From a virus (Duplodnaviria > Caudoviricetes): 42,306 nt of DNA. The first letter of the stretch is position 1. Each line of letters starts with the position of its first letter. Location of the stretch: positions 1 through 42,306 of the IMG/VR virus record IMGVR_UViG_3300020571_000010; one strand, written 5' to 3'. The notes under the pieces are model-generated. The model was not told the DNA's origin and did no database searches. It saw only the letters and a list, made by a program, of their open reading frames with translations. Below, in pieces: positions 27,430 to 36,447 of this stretch. Both the position numbers and the translations under genes were made by a program.

Positions 27430-28043
27430 TTACCCCTTTTGGTTAGCATGGCGCTGGCGATCTCCAGCATGAATTTTACTTGCTCGATGTCTTTCGGTGG
27501 CTCCGCCCAGCCCACCGTGATCTGCCCGACAAACCTGTGGCTGTCTGGCGGAACGCTCACCCGGCAGGTAAACGCGACCCCTTTGCCCAGATACCACAGG
27601 CCCACCTCAGACTGTGCGTAGCGGTACTCCCCGCAGGGGGTCTCGTTGGTCATCAGCTTGACCACATCCGAATTGTTGGCAGCATTGTGGCTGAACAGCC
27701 CAACGTCGATATCCTCAACGCCCTTGTCCCGACCATCCTTGGTGTAGGCCCGGTACAGCACCCGACTGTTGAACAGCGGGTTGACTTTGAACACCGCCAC
27801 CACTGCAGCGCCCGTTTGCTTAAACAGCATGGCGCTGGCCTCGTCAGTCCGGCTGGTGTTGATCTCCGGCAGCTTCTTGGACTCCTTGTAGGCGTCGCGC
27901 ATGAACTCTTGGTTCTGCCACAGGAAGTAGCCAGCGAAGGCCACCACGCCCATAAGCAGGATCGCGAACAGCTTGAACGGCGAGTCCACATACCCGAGCA
28001 CTTTGTCTAGGGTTGTGTTGGCGTTCAGCTTGTCGTCGCTCAT
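27426..28043 (-). CDS. single-TM protein with periplasmic domain, T4 gpT holin-like
   Basis: TM at aa ~21-39; AVFKVNP and GQITVGW resemble T4 T (AVYSFRP, GTITMYW, recalled from memory). Confidence 0.55.
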   Translation of the reverse strand: MSDDKLNANTTLDKVLGYVDSPFKLFAILLMGVVAFAGYFLWQNQEFMRDAYKESKKLPEINTSRTDEASAMLFKQTGAAVVAVFKVNPLFNSRVLYRAYTKDGRDKGVEDIDVGLFSHNAANNSDVVKLMTNETPCGEYRYAQSEVGLWYLGKGVAFTCRVSVPPDSHRFVGQITVGWAEPPKDIEQVKFMLEIASAMLTKRGN

Positions 28044-28489
28044 TTTTTGATGTACAGCATGTAAATGATGATGCCGTAAATAAGCAGGCCAGTAAGGATG
28101 AGTGAGGCCACGCCAAGCACCAAATACTCAATGAGCTGGTCCATCTTGGCTTTGCGCAGCTTGATGGCCTTAATTTCGGCCTCTTTGGCTTCCCTGCGCC
28201 TACGAGCAGCGGCAGCTTGGAACTTCTGCCAGTCAGCCCACATGCCCGGACGGCCTGCGTAAACCATGCGTTCACGCAGCTCAACCTCTTGGGCATTCAA
28301 CTGCTCCAGAGCCATGAACTCTTCGAGGTCAGAGCCGCCACCCTTTTTATTGGCTTTTTCCTGAATCTTGGCTTTGTTGTCGAAGTAATCAAAGACCCGA
28401 GAGCCGAGCTGGTGTAGCTCTTTGCCGTTGGCCAGCGCACCTTTTATTACTGCGAAGGCTGCATTCGCTGCTGCAATTTCGGCAAGCAT
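28040..28489 (-). CDS. membrane protein (coiled coil with C-terminal TM)
   Basis: YLVLGVASLILTGLLIYGIIIYMLY TM; ATGA overlap. Confidence 0.75.
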   Translation of the reverse strand: MLAEIAAANAAFAVIKGALANGKELHQLGSRVFDYFDNKAKIQEKANKKGGGSDLEEFMALEQLNAQEVELRERMVYAGRPGMWADWQKFQAAAARRRREAKEAEIKAIKLRKAKMDQLIEYLVLGVASLILTGLLIYGIIIYMLYIKK

Positions 28490-28588
28490 CTACAAACTCC
28501 ATACAAGCTGAGCAAAAATTCTTGCGCACCAAACCACCAGCCCAATCAGAAGGGCCGCTGCACAGAATGCTACGGCCCAGTCTTTCAT
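28490..28588 (-). CDS. 32-aa single-TM microprotein (absent from ORF track)
   Basis: MKDWAVAFCAAALLIGLVVWCARIFAQLVWSL*; ATGA overlap with upstream stop; TAG abuts next ATG. Confidence 0.7.
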   Translation of the reverse strand: MKDWAVAFCAAALLIGLVVWCARIFAQLVWSL

Positions 28589-29181
28589 GGCACCGTGGCT
28601 TGTGTGGTGGTTGTCGTTGTGGTGTTGGTACTGGTCACCACAGTTGGAGTAGCCGTATTGTCAGTAATACCGCCACCAGCAAGGCGACCACTGTTGCCAG
28701 AGTTTGACCCACTGTTTGCCCCTATGCTGTACGAACCTGCGCCAATTACACCATTGCCGCCGATGGTTGTCACGTTGGCCGCTGGCGCTTGAATCTGCGA
28801 GGCGATGCCCACGAACGCTGCGTTGGTGCTGACACCCAGAGCTGTTGCATTGTCAGACTGGCGCATGCCCAAGCTGGTCTGCTTGTTCACGGTATACACC
28901 TGTCCGATGGTTGGCAGCAGCAGGCCGGTCCACTGCATGGCGTAATCAGCCCAGTTCTTGGGAGCGTTGATCTGCGCGTTCTGCTGACCGCCACCCATCT
29001 GAAGGGACATCACCGCAGCGACTTTGGCTGTGGTGTCACCTTGCCGAGCGATGTCAGCAAGGGCTTGGAAACGGGCTGTCTGGGCCGCTGCTTGAGCTTT
29101 ATGGGCTTCGGCATAGGCTTGGTACTCGGCAGTGGCGCAGCCTGTCAAGGACAGGGCACAGAGAATGGCGATCAGGCGCAT
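28585..29181 (-). CDS. lipoprotein
   Basis: signal peptide II MRLIAILCALSLTG-C; AGGAG SD; Gly/Thr-rich tail. Confidence 0.85.
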   Translation of the reverse strand: MRLIAILCALSLTGCATAEYQAYAEAHKAQAAAQTARFQALADIARQGDTTAKVAAVMSLQMGGGQQNAQINAPKNWADYAMQWTGLLLPTIGQVYTVNKQTSLGMRQSDNATALGVSTNAAFVGIASQIQAPAANVTTIGGNGVIGAGSYSIGANSGSNSGNSGRLAGGGITDNTATPTVVTSTNTTTTTTTQATVP

Positions 29182-29189
29182 GATGGCTC

Positions 29190-29660
29190 CTACAAAATGT
29201 GTGACAAAGCTGCTACCGGCACCAATGCGCCGAACGAGCAGATAATACGCTCGCCACCAGAAATTGGCGTGCTCCCATGACGTTCAAGACTTGCCAGACA
29301 AAGCCAAAGATCGCCCTCTTCGACTGGCACAACAACCCCATCCAAAATCGGATCGCCGCCCGCTGCGGGTTTTTTGACCATCCAGTTACAGCGAGTATGC
29401 ACATACCCAACAGGAGCACCGTCTTTATGGGTGTGCGTTGCCGCGCCATCCAAATAGTGGTTGCCAATAAAGTTCCTGAACTGCGGTTCGCGCATAGTTT
29501 CCGTTATGCCAAACGCCGCAAATGCCTCATCTCGGAATGGGGCGTCTTCATAACTCATAAAGCGCCTGCCAAAACTGTTGTCGCGGTACACCCCTTCTGG
29601 CATATTAAAGCAGTCGGGATGCTTCCAACCCTTGATGACTCGCGGGGTTTGCAGCAGCAC
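29190..29660 (-). CDS. 2OG-Fe(II) oxygenase
   Basis: H-K-D, distal H (RHGSTPI), R-x3-S (ERIICSF). Confidence 0.85.
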   Translation of the reverse strand: MLLQTPRVIKGWKHPDCFNMPEGVYRDNSFGRRFMSYEDAPFRDEAFAAFGITETMREPQFRNFIGNHYLDGAATHTHKDGAPVGYVHTRCNWMVKKPAAGGDPILDGVVVPVEEGDLWLCLASLERHGSTPISGGERIICSFGALVPVAALSHIL

Positions 29661-29661
29661 T

Positions 29662-30018
29662 TTAGGTCTCCGTGGCGCGGCTTGCGAACACTTGCTCGGC
29701 TCCGGCGGGGATCATGTCCTCCGAAACCGTATCGCCACCATGCTCTGCACTGTCAGCGGTGTGCAAGCAAACGCAAACGGTTCCGGCTTCTTGACCTACC
29801 AATTCATGTTCCAACTCTGCTGCAATCCAGATGAGCTGCGGGGCTTTAAACACAGTCTCTTTGCCGCGACACCGCACCAAAACCGAGCCGTGCGCTACCA
29901 GCGTTGCATGATCATACTGGTGGGTATGCCCCAACTCAATGTCCCCCACATTTTGAAAATGCATCATGCGGGTAAAAAGTTTGTGTATGTGCGCAATTCG
30001 GATGTTTGGTTGTGCCAT
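29662..30018 (-). CDS. cupin-fold protein
   Basis: GHTHQYDH..L..GSV; FKAP..I.I.A..EH; C.H. Confidence 0.75.
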   Translation of the reverse strand: MAQPNIRIAHIHKLFTRMMHFQNVGDIELGHTHQYDHATLVAHGSVLVRCRGKETVFKAPQLIWIAAELEHELVGQEAGTVCVCLHTADSAEHGGDTVSEDMIPAGAEQVFASRATET

Positions 30019-30020
30019 TT

Positions 30021-30449
30021 TTAAAGCTCCACAATATCAATTTTTCCGTTAGCATTTTCCGGGACAATAACCCAAGATACAGTCGCCTCATCCCAAGTGT
30101 AATACGGAGGGCTGTTCGGCTCCGGCATTGGCACGGGTGATTCCCACAAATACGAAAAGCTGTTCATGACCCATGAAGGATAGGGCGACGGAGACGCAAA
30201 GCCCCCACCCTCTGGTCCGTTGGGTAGCCACGTAAAGCCAATCCCTGCAAAGTTCTTGCGAAACGCTTTGGACTGGTCGGGATCAGGTGTATTGGTGTTG
30301 GGGGTGTAATACACGCCGCCATGCGTGTTATAGCTGGTTTGCACCCAAGTTGCTGGGTCGCCCCAGCTACCCGTGTCAATCTCTGCTTGGTCAATGACCA
30401 GCACGCGCCGGACAATGCTGTTCTCGTCGATTTGGGCAAATTGGCTCAT
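30021..30449 (-). CDS. tail-fibre-associated hypothetical protein
   Basis: WVQTSYN, FRKNFAGIG, P.PYPSW, W..PVPMP, Y.WDE...W; coupled to Gly-rich gene. Confidence 0.7.
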   Translation of the reverse strand: MSQFAQIDENSIVRRVLVIDQAEIDTGSWGDPATWVQTSYNTHGGVYYTPNTNTPDPDQSKAFRKNFAGIGFTWLPNGPEGGGFASPSPYPSWVMNSFSYLWESPVPMPEPNSPPYYTWDEATVSWVIVPENANGKIDIVEL

Positions 30450-31477
30450 GCTGTAAATGTCCCAGAGGATGTGAAGGTGTGGTATGTATAGCCGCCAGCA
30501 GAAGTGACTGTGCCGCCAGTGCCGCGCTGGGAGCCTGCATAACGGATGATGACGACGCCTGAACCGCCGCTGCGTCCAACACCGCTGTAAACGGTAGCCC
30601 CGCCACCGCCACCGCCTGAGTTTGCCGCCCCGTCTGTTGCGGCAGTATCTACCCCCGAAGCTCCACCCCCGCCTAGACTTCCCGCAGCACCGACATTATA
30701 AGCAACAGTACTGTACCCGTATGGTGTGGCAAATGCAGTAGAACCGCCGCCCCCTGCATACGCAATACCGTTTAACCACACCTTTCCAGCCCCGCCAACA
30801 CCCCCAGAGGCCATGCCACTGGCAGTCCCCGCAGCATTTGCACCGCCGCCGCTGCCGCTCCGAGCCACCCGGTAAAAATTGTTATACCCTTGGTAAACGT
30901 CGGTAGCTGTGGCGGTGCCTCCGTTGTTTCCTTGCCCGGAAATTCCAGTCCCGGCAGTGAATGATGGGTAGGTAGAAGCACCGCCGCCAGACCCGCCACT
31001 TGTGGCACCAGCGGCGCTGGCGGCTCCGCCAGCCCCACCGCCTATAGAAGTAGTGCTATTGAACGACGAATTATTGCCGCTACCGCCTGTAGCGGCACTG
31101 GGGGCACTTACCGCTGCACCACCTGACCCTACTGTCGCTGTGTATGAAGCCCCAGATGCAACAGTTATTGCTGAAATGGCTTGGTAACCGCCAGCGCCGC
31201 CGCCCCCTTGCCCAAGATAGGACCCCCAACCCGGCTGCCCGGTCCCACCTGCACCACCACCAGCAACAACCAAATATTCAATGGTGTAGGCGTTCGCTTT
31301 TCCATACAACGAGTTCATGCTCCACGAGGTGCCGCTACCACCAACACCTGCAAGAGTGCGGACTGCTGCATCGTTCATTGAGATAGTCGCGGTCAGGCTC
31401 AGACCGAGTTCTTGAGCGACACTGACTGGGCTTGATGTGCCTCCCATGTTCAGGGGGCCGCTTGCTGGCATTACCAT
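30446..31477 (-). CDS. glycine-rich receptor-binding/adhesin protein
   Basis: N-terminal P.SG...SLYGK docking-like segment; YLVVAGGG, GGSGVVIIRY, HTFTSSGTF. Confidence 0.75.
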   Translation of the reverse strand: MVMPASGPLNMGGTSSPVSVAQELGLSLTATISMNDAAVRTLAGVGGSGTSWSMNSLYGKANAYTIEYLVVAGGGAGGTGQPGWGSYLGQGGGGAGGYQAISAITVASGASYTATVGSGGAAVSAPSAATGGSGNNSSFNSTTSIGGGAGGAASAAGATSGGSGGGASTYPSFTAGTGISGQGNNGGTATATDVYQGYNNFYRVARSGSGGGANAAGTASGMASGGVGGAGKVWLNGIAYAGGGGSTAFATPYGYSTVAYNVGAAGSLGGGGASGVDTAATDGAANSGGGGGGATVYSGVGRSGGSGVVIIRYAGSQRGTGGTVTSAGGYTYHTFTSSGTFTA

Positions 31478-31486
31478 GTTCGCTCC

Positions 31487-32368
31487 TTATGGGGTGCCGT
31501 AGGCGGTTACGTTGTCTTTGGCGATCAGAGCGCCTGCGCTGCTGAACGAGGCAACCACTGTGCCGCCATACTTGATCACGAGCTTACCGCCTTCTTCCAT
31601 GATTGTGAAGTTGGTTGTTGTCAGGCTTGTGACGGAGCCGCCCAGCGTGATGTTGCCCGTGGATGTCACCGTGCCCGAAAGCGTCAGGCCGTTGGCGGAG
31701 CCAGTACCTGCAACAGAAGAAACCGAGCCACCACCAGTGCCTGCGCCGATGGCTGTGCGGAAGTCCGAAGCACTCAAAGATGAGACGGTGTTGTCTGCAT
31801 TGAAACGTGGGAATGTCACCGCGCTTGGATTGGTGATCGTGAAGAGGTTGCCGCCCAGCGTTGTTGCGCCGAAGTTGGTCCGTGCCGCTGATGCAGTTGA
31901 CGCGCCTGATCCACCAGAGGCAACAGGCAGGGCCGTCAGCAAAGTCAAGGAAGACAAGAAGCTGATCTGCTCGCCCACGTCTGTACCGTCGTTGTACACC
32001 ACCGTGCGCGTACCGGGAGGGACTGCCACACCGGTCAGGCCAGACACCTTGACTGTCACAGCGAAGCTGGAGCCGTTGATGACGATGTAGGGCTTCTGGA
32101 TAGCGGGAACATTCACCGTGCCCGCAGCAGACACCGCGCCGGAGGCGATGTTCAAGCACAGTGCCCGGGCATCCTGAGCAGCCGTGGTGTTGGCCAGCGT
32201 CAGTGTGCACACGTTGGCTGTGAAGTCTGCTGCTTCCAGTGTCGCCATACCCGCAATGGCCTGCTCGATGGCAGTACCAATGTTGGAGTTGGTCGTGGTG
32301 CCCCAAGTGCCTGACTGCTCACCGTTGCCGATCAGCTCAAACTTTAGGTTGGAGAAGGTGCTTGACAT
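31487..32368 (-). CDS. tail fibre/spike protein (293 aa)
   Basis: L.LIGNGEQSGTWG.TTN.N N-terminus; LPVASGGSGA fibre motif; ends NVTAYGTP. Confidence 0.7.
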   Translation of the reverse strand: MSSTFSNLKFELIGNGEQSGTWGTTTNSNIGTAIEQAIAGMATLEAADFTANVCTLTLANTTAAQDARALCLNIASGAVSAAGTVNVPAIQKPYIVINGSSFAVTVKVSGLTGVAVPPGTRTVVYNDGTDVGEQISFLSSLTLLTALPVASGGSGASTASAARTNFGATTLGGNLFTITNPSAVTFPRFNADNTVSSLSASDFRTAIGAGTGGGSVSSVAGTGSANGLTLSGTVTSTGNITLGGSVTSLTTTNFTIMEEGGKLVIKYGGTVVASFSSAGALIAKDNVTAYGTP

Positions 32369-32370
32369 GA

Positions 32371-34707
32371 TTATCCTTTCGCCTCAAGGGCGGCTATGCG
32401 AGCTTCGAGCGCAACAACACGTTCCGCCAACTTTACAGCAGCAACAAGGGCTGCGTTTCCGTATGCGAGGGTGAGGTTGCCTTTTTCATCAGTCTGGACC
32501 ACCTCTGGCAAAAACGCCTGCATTTGCTGAGCGGACACACCGGCCTGCCGGTCGTCTGAATCAATCCGGGTGTATGTGCCGTGCTTGATCTTTGCCAACT
32601 GCGAAAGAAAATCACCGGGTAAATCGGCCCAGTCTTTTTTCAATCGCTCATCAGAATACGCAGTGACGTTGCCCGTGCAGACCAAGTTGCCAGCGTTTAG
32701 GTTGTAGTTTGTCCCGTCCCAGTACAGGTAGTGAGAGCCCGCGCTGCTGAGGTAGATTACCCCGGTTGTACCGCCACTTCGGTATGCAGTCATATCTCCG
32801 TTGACCGCAGTAATTCCAGTACTGACGCCGGATGTGTTTGGAGTGGCGGTAAGTCTTGTAACTGAAACCGTCCCCGCGCTGAAGTTGCCAGAGGCATCCC
32901 GAGCAACGAGCGTTGAAACGGTGTTGGCGCTTGTTGCGTTCGATGTGACGGTGAACGTCGCGTTGCCTGATTGGTTGGCGGTGAATGTCTGAGAACCCGA
33001 CAGGCCAGTGCCCGACACGTTCATTGTGAGCGTGCCGTTGTTGACGTTGGCCGCTGTGGTAGCCGTCGTAGCGTTACCGCTCAGTGCCGCAGTGATCGTG
33101 CCTGCGCTGAAGTTGCCCGAGGCGTCACGCGCTACGACCTTGCTGGCCGTGTTGGCGGATGTGGCGTCCACTGCCGCAGTGACTGCGCCAGAGCCGTTGT
33201 AGCTTGTACCGGTCAGATACGAACCCAATGTCAAAGCGTTCAGGTTGCTGCCCAAGGCCACACCCGAGATCGTGCCAGCACTCCATGTGAACGCAGAGCC
33301 GTTCCAGTTCAGAACTTGGTTGGAGGCTGTGGGCGCTACCGCGAATGTCGTGGCCCCTGATCCGGTCTGGTACGCAATCTGGTTGGCCGCGCCGCCTGCA
33401 AGGTTGGTCGCTGTGGTTGCGCTTGTTGCCGAACCGCTCAGTGTGGCCGTGATAGTCCCGGCGCTGAAGTTGCCCGATGCGTCACGCGCCACGACCTTGG
33501 AAGCAGTGTTGGCGTCCGTGGCATCCACGGCAAAAGTGCGGGCTGCGGAGCCATCAAACGTGCCGCCAGAAGTCAGGAACGTGCCCGCTGTCAGAGCGTT
33601 GGCCACCGAGCCAGCTTGGCCTGAGATGTTGCCCGACACCGCTGCGCCCGAGATGGCGATGGCCGTGGGGGTGACGCCTGTGACTTGACCTTGTGCGTTC
33701 GTGGTGATTACCGGCACCGTAGCGGCATCGCCGTATGTGCCAGCAGTACCCGTGTTGGTGATGCTGAACTGTGTGCCAGAGAGGGTCAAGCCCGTGCCTG
33801 CGCTGTAAATCTGCGCGGAGCTGATCTGGGCAAACGTGATGTTGGTTGTGCCAAACGTGATGACGCCGGTCGTGTTGCAGGTGTATGTCTCACCTGCGCC
33901 TGTTGCGCCTTGCTGCACAAAAACGGTAGAGCCTTCGCTCAAGCCCGCAGCATTGTTGATGACGTAAGTGTCCGCATCACTGGAGCGAGTCAAAATCCAG
34001 TTGGTCGATCCCGAGCCCACGTTTGTCACCACGTAGATACCGTTTTGTGTCTGGGTAGTCTGCTGATACACCAACACGCGATCCGCCACGCTGACCGTCA
34101 CACCATCAATTACCAAGGCAGCTTGTGCCCCTGCGTTGGTCAGAGTTGCGCCCACACCGGCGGTGCCGTTGTTGTACGTTGCGTTCAGGTTGATCGGTGC
34201 TTCCACCCGCACTGGCTGGTGGAAGTGGATGCCGCTCGCTATGAGCGCATCGACGTAGGTCTTGTTGACCAAATCGTTTGCGCTGGCAGGTGCTGTTGAA
34301 ACCGTGCCCGCTGTAATGTTGGCGGTGGTGATGTTGGCCGTGCTCGCACCCAAGGTGCCGATGTCCAGCACCGAAACGGCAGAGCCCGCTGCGTCCAGAT
34401 ACACCGCACGCGAAGATGGGTATGTGACAAACACGTCCTTGGAGCCAGCGCCAAAGTTCACCAGAGAACCAGCGTTGCTGGACGACACCACGGTTGTGCG
34501 CGACAGGGTTGTGCCCGAGGATGTGTAAGTGCCGACGCCCACTTCCCAAGCGCCAGATGCCGAGTCCACAATGGCGTAGAAGGTCTGGTTGCCGTCACCA
34601 ACAGCGGCAAAGGACTGGAACCCTGCGGCTGCGCCAGCCAACGTAACCGTGCCGGTGCCGGTTGTTGTGGTCGTTTCCTTGACGCGATCTTTGAGTACCA
34701 ATGCCAT
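32371..34707 (-). CDS. tail fibre with C-terminal intramolecular chaperone (peptidase S74)
   Basis: SDERLK cleavage motif, GVSAQ, terminal coiled coil; three internal repeats. Confidence 0.9.
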   Translation of the reverse strand: MALVLKDRVKETTTTTGTGTVTLAGAAAGFQSFAAVGDGNQTFYAIVDSASGAWEVGVGTYTSSGTTLSRTTVVSSSNAGSLVNFGAGSKDVFVTYPSSRAVYLDAAGSAVSVLDIGTLGASTANITTANITAGTVSTAPASANDLVNKTYVDALIASGIHFHQPVRVEAPINLNATYNNGTAGVGATLTNAGAQAALVIDGVTVSVADRVLVYQQTTQTQNGIYVVTNVGSGSTNWILTRSSDADTYVINNAAGLSEGSTVFVQQGATGAGETYTCNTTGVITFGTTNITFAQISSAQIYSAGTGLTLSGTQFSITNTGTAGTYGDAATVPVITTNAQGQVTGVTPTAIAISGAAVSGNISGQAGSVANALTAGTFLTSGGTFDGSAARTFAVDATDANTASKVVARDASGNFSAGTITATLSGSATSATTATNLAGGAANQIAYQTGSGATTFAVAPTASNQVLNWNGSAFTWSAGTISGVALGSNLNALTLGSYLTGTSYNGSGAVTAAVDATSANTASKVVARDASGNFSAGTITAALSGNATTATTAANVNNGTLTMNVSGTGLSGSQTFTANQSGNATFTVTSNATSANTVSTLVARDASGNFSAGTVSVTRLTATPNTSGVSTGITAVNGDMTAYRSGGTTGVIYLSSAGSHYLYWDGTNYNLNAGNLVCTGNVTAYSDERLKKDWADLPGDFLSQLAKIKHGTYTRIDSDDRQAGVSAQQMQAFLPEVVQTDEKGNLTLAYGNAALVAAVKLAERVVALEARIAALEAKG
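32868..33530 (-). repeat. three copies of the ANT.S..VARDASGNFSAGT fibre repeat
   Basis: visible in translation of 32371-34707. Confidence 0.85.
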
Positions 34708-34716
34708 TTTGAGTCC

Positions 34717-35400
34717 TTACGATGGTATCTGCGTCCAGCCGGGGGACTGCACATCGTTGATATTTTGCCAGTTCGGTGTCTGGCTGTCGTCAATCGTGGC
34801 CCAGACCAACACCCCTCCGATGTTGATGTAAAGCTGCACGCCGGTCAGGTAGACGTTCTTGTCTTTGACTGCGCCCAGAGTGCTCAGGGCGCTGACAGCT
34901 TCCGCCATGGTGCCCGTGAAATTTACTTGAGCCACTTGGGTGGCCGCGCCCGTGGCGCTCTCTGCGATGGCCACGGAGATCAGCAGGCCTCTGGCCATGT
35001 CGTCAGTGCCCGTGGCGGTCTCAGCCTGCGCCGCCAAGAAAGTGCCCACAGCAGTCTGTGCTGCCGTGCCGGTGGTGCTTTCCGCCTGTGCAGCCAAGAA
35101 GGTGCCAATGGCCGTCTGGGTTGCTGTAGCTTCGGCCTGCTCAAGCATGCTGGCCACCATGGTGGCGATCACCGACTGCACGTTGGCTGCGGTGGCGGAT
35201 TCTTCCTGCGCGGGCCTGAACGTGGCCGTAGCTACCTGCGCCTGCTGGCCGGTCACCGCCTCGTCAATGAGGCCCCCGCGAACAAGGCTCGGCACTGCGA
35301 AAACGCTCCCCGCCAAAGCCGTCTCGGCCTGCGCGACGGCAAACGTATTCCCGCCTAAAGAGGCGAAGGGTGCTTGGGCAAAAGTGACATCACCAAACAC
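34717..35400 (-). CDS. structural protein with 20-aa periodic repeats
   Basis: MFG..FAQAPFASL start; QTA.GTFLAAQAE repeats; W..I.D.Q.P.W end. Confidence 0.7.
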   Translation of the reverse strand: MFGDVTFAQAPFASLGGNTFAVAQAETALAGSVFAVPSLVRGGLIDEAVTGQQAQVATATFRPAQEESATAANVQSVIATMVASMLEQAEATATQTAIGTFLAAQAESTTGTAAQTAVGTFLAAQAETATGTDDMARGLLISVAIAESATGAATQVAQVNFTGTMAEAVSALSTLGAVKDKNVYLTGVQLYINIGGVLVWATIDDSQTPNWQNINDVQSPGWTQIPS

Positions 35401-35412
35401 CGCTTGCCCCTA

Positions 35413-35991
35413 TCAGGCCGCGTCGAGCGAGAAGGTGTAGGTCACATTCAGCGTGTCGCCGTTGTCCACCGTCTTGTCGCCGCCAGTAAAGTCACCAGCC
35501 GAGAACAAGATGCCAGACGTGCCGCTGTTCACACTGGCCAAGAACGCGCCAGCCACCACCGTGCCGTTCACCAGCATGGCAAACGAGGAAGGAGCTGCGG
35601 AGTTCGAGATCACCGATGGATCAGCCGTGGTGGCCGTGCCGAACGTCACTGCCTTGCGGTTGCCGGTGTAGGCTGTGCCGGGCACCAGTTCTGTCCATCC
35701 TGCGTGCGAAGCCAGCGTGTCAGCAGCGGCAAAGGTTGTGCCGGAGCCGGGGCCTTGGACCAAGCCAAGGAACCAAGCAGACGTGTAGCCAGAAGCAGCG
35801 AAATACTTGCTGTTCATGTCCTGCAGGCCTTGGTTGACCACGAGGTTGTGGAAGGTGTCAGACCACTTCTCTTTGCCGTCTGCGCCCACGCAGGTGACGG
35901 TGAACACACCGCCCGCGCCCACGCGCTCACCGCCTACACGGTTTGTGATCAGGCCTGCTGTAACGCTGTCGGCTGCTTTGCTGTGTTCCAT
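35413..35991 (-). CDS. putative tail structural protein
   Basis: W.D..HNLVVN.G; GAFL; GDTLNVTY; AGGA SD. Confidence 0.7.
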   Translation of the reverse strand: MEHSKAADSVTAGLITNRVGGERVGAGGVFTVTCVGADGKEKWSDTFHNLVVNQGLQDMNSKYFAASGYTSAWFLGLVQGPGSGTTFAAADTLASHAGWTELVPGTAYTGNRKAVTFGTATTADPSVISNSAAPSSFAMLVNGTVVAGAFLASVNSGTSGILFSAGDFTGGDKTVDNGDTLNVTYTFSLDAA

Positions 35992-36000
35992 GATGTGTCC

Positions 36001-36447
36001 TTATGAGATGCGCACGATTGCGCTGTTGGCATCGGCAGTTGGGAAAATGACTTGGAAGGTGTCGTTGCTCACGGTCTTGTCAGCGCCGAAGTCGAGAACA
36101 GCCACGGACTTGTTGCCCTCTGTGCTGTTGTAGATCAACGCGCCCCGGGCTGTGAAGGTTGAGCTTGTCCAAGAGGTGTTGGCAAAGCTGAAGTAGGCCG
36201 TGGGCACGTTGGCGCTGTTGTTTGCAGCCACAGGTGTGGTCGTAATGACCAGTGTGTTGCCGCCAGCCACGTAACCCGTACCAACGACTTCACCTGATGT
36301 CGTGTAAACAGCCGTGGAGCCGTCCAGATTGGCGGCAGCGGTGTACAGCGCGATCTTGAACGTGTCGGGCGATGTCGGTCCAAAGTTGTGAATGCCCTGC
36401 GGCAGCTCCACCTTGAACGATGTGGTTGCGGTTTGCGCGATTGTCAT
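36001..36447 (-). CDS. putative tail structural protein
   Basis: SFK.EL..G.HNF, FKIALYT, ARGALIYN, VLDFGADK. Confidence 0.7.
   Translation of the reverse strand: MTIAQTATTSFKVELPQGIHNFGPTSPDTFKIALYTAAANLDGSTAVYTTSGEVVGTGYVAGGNTLVITTTPVAANNSANVPTAYFSFANTSWTSSTFTARGALIYNSTEGNKSVAVLDFGADKTVSNDTFQVIFPTADANSAIVRIS

Noticed and set aside
30446-34707. Diversity-generating retroelement targeting the tail fibres
   Set aside because: No reverse transcriptase and no TR/VR pair differing at adenines noticed; the repeats are ordinary in-frame fibre repeats.
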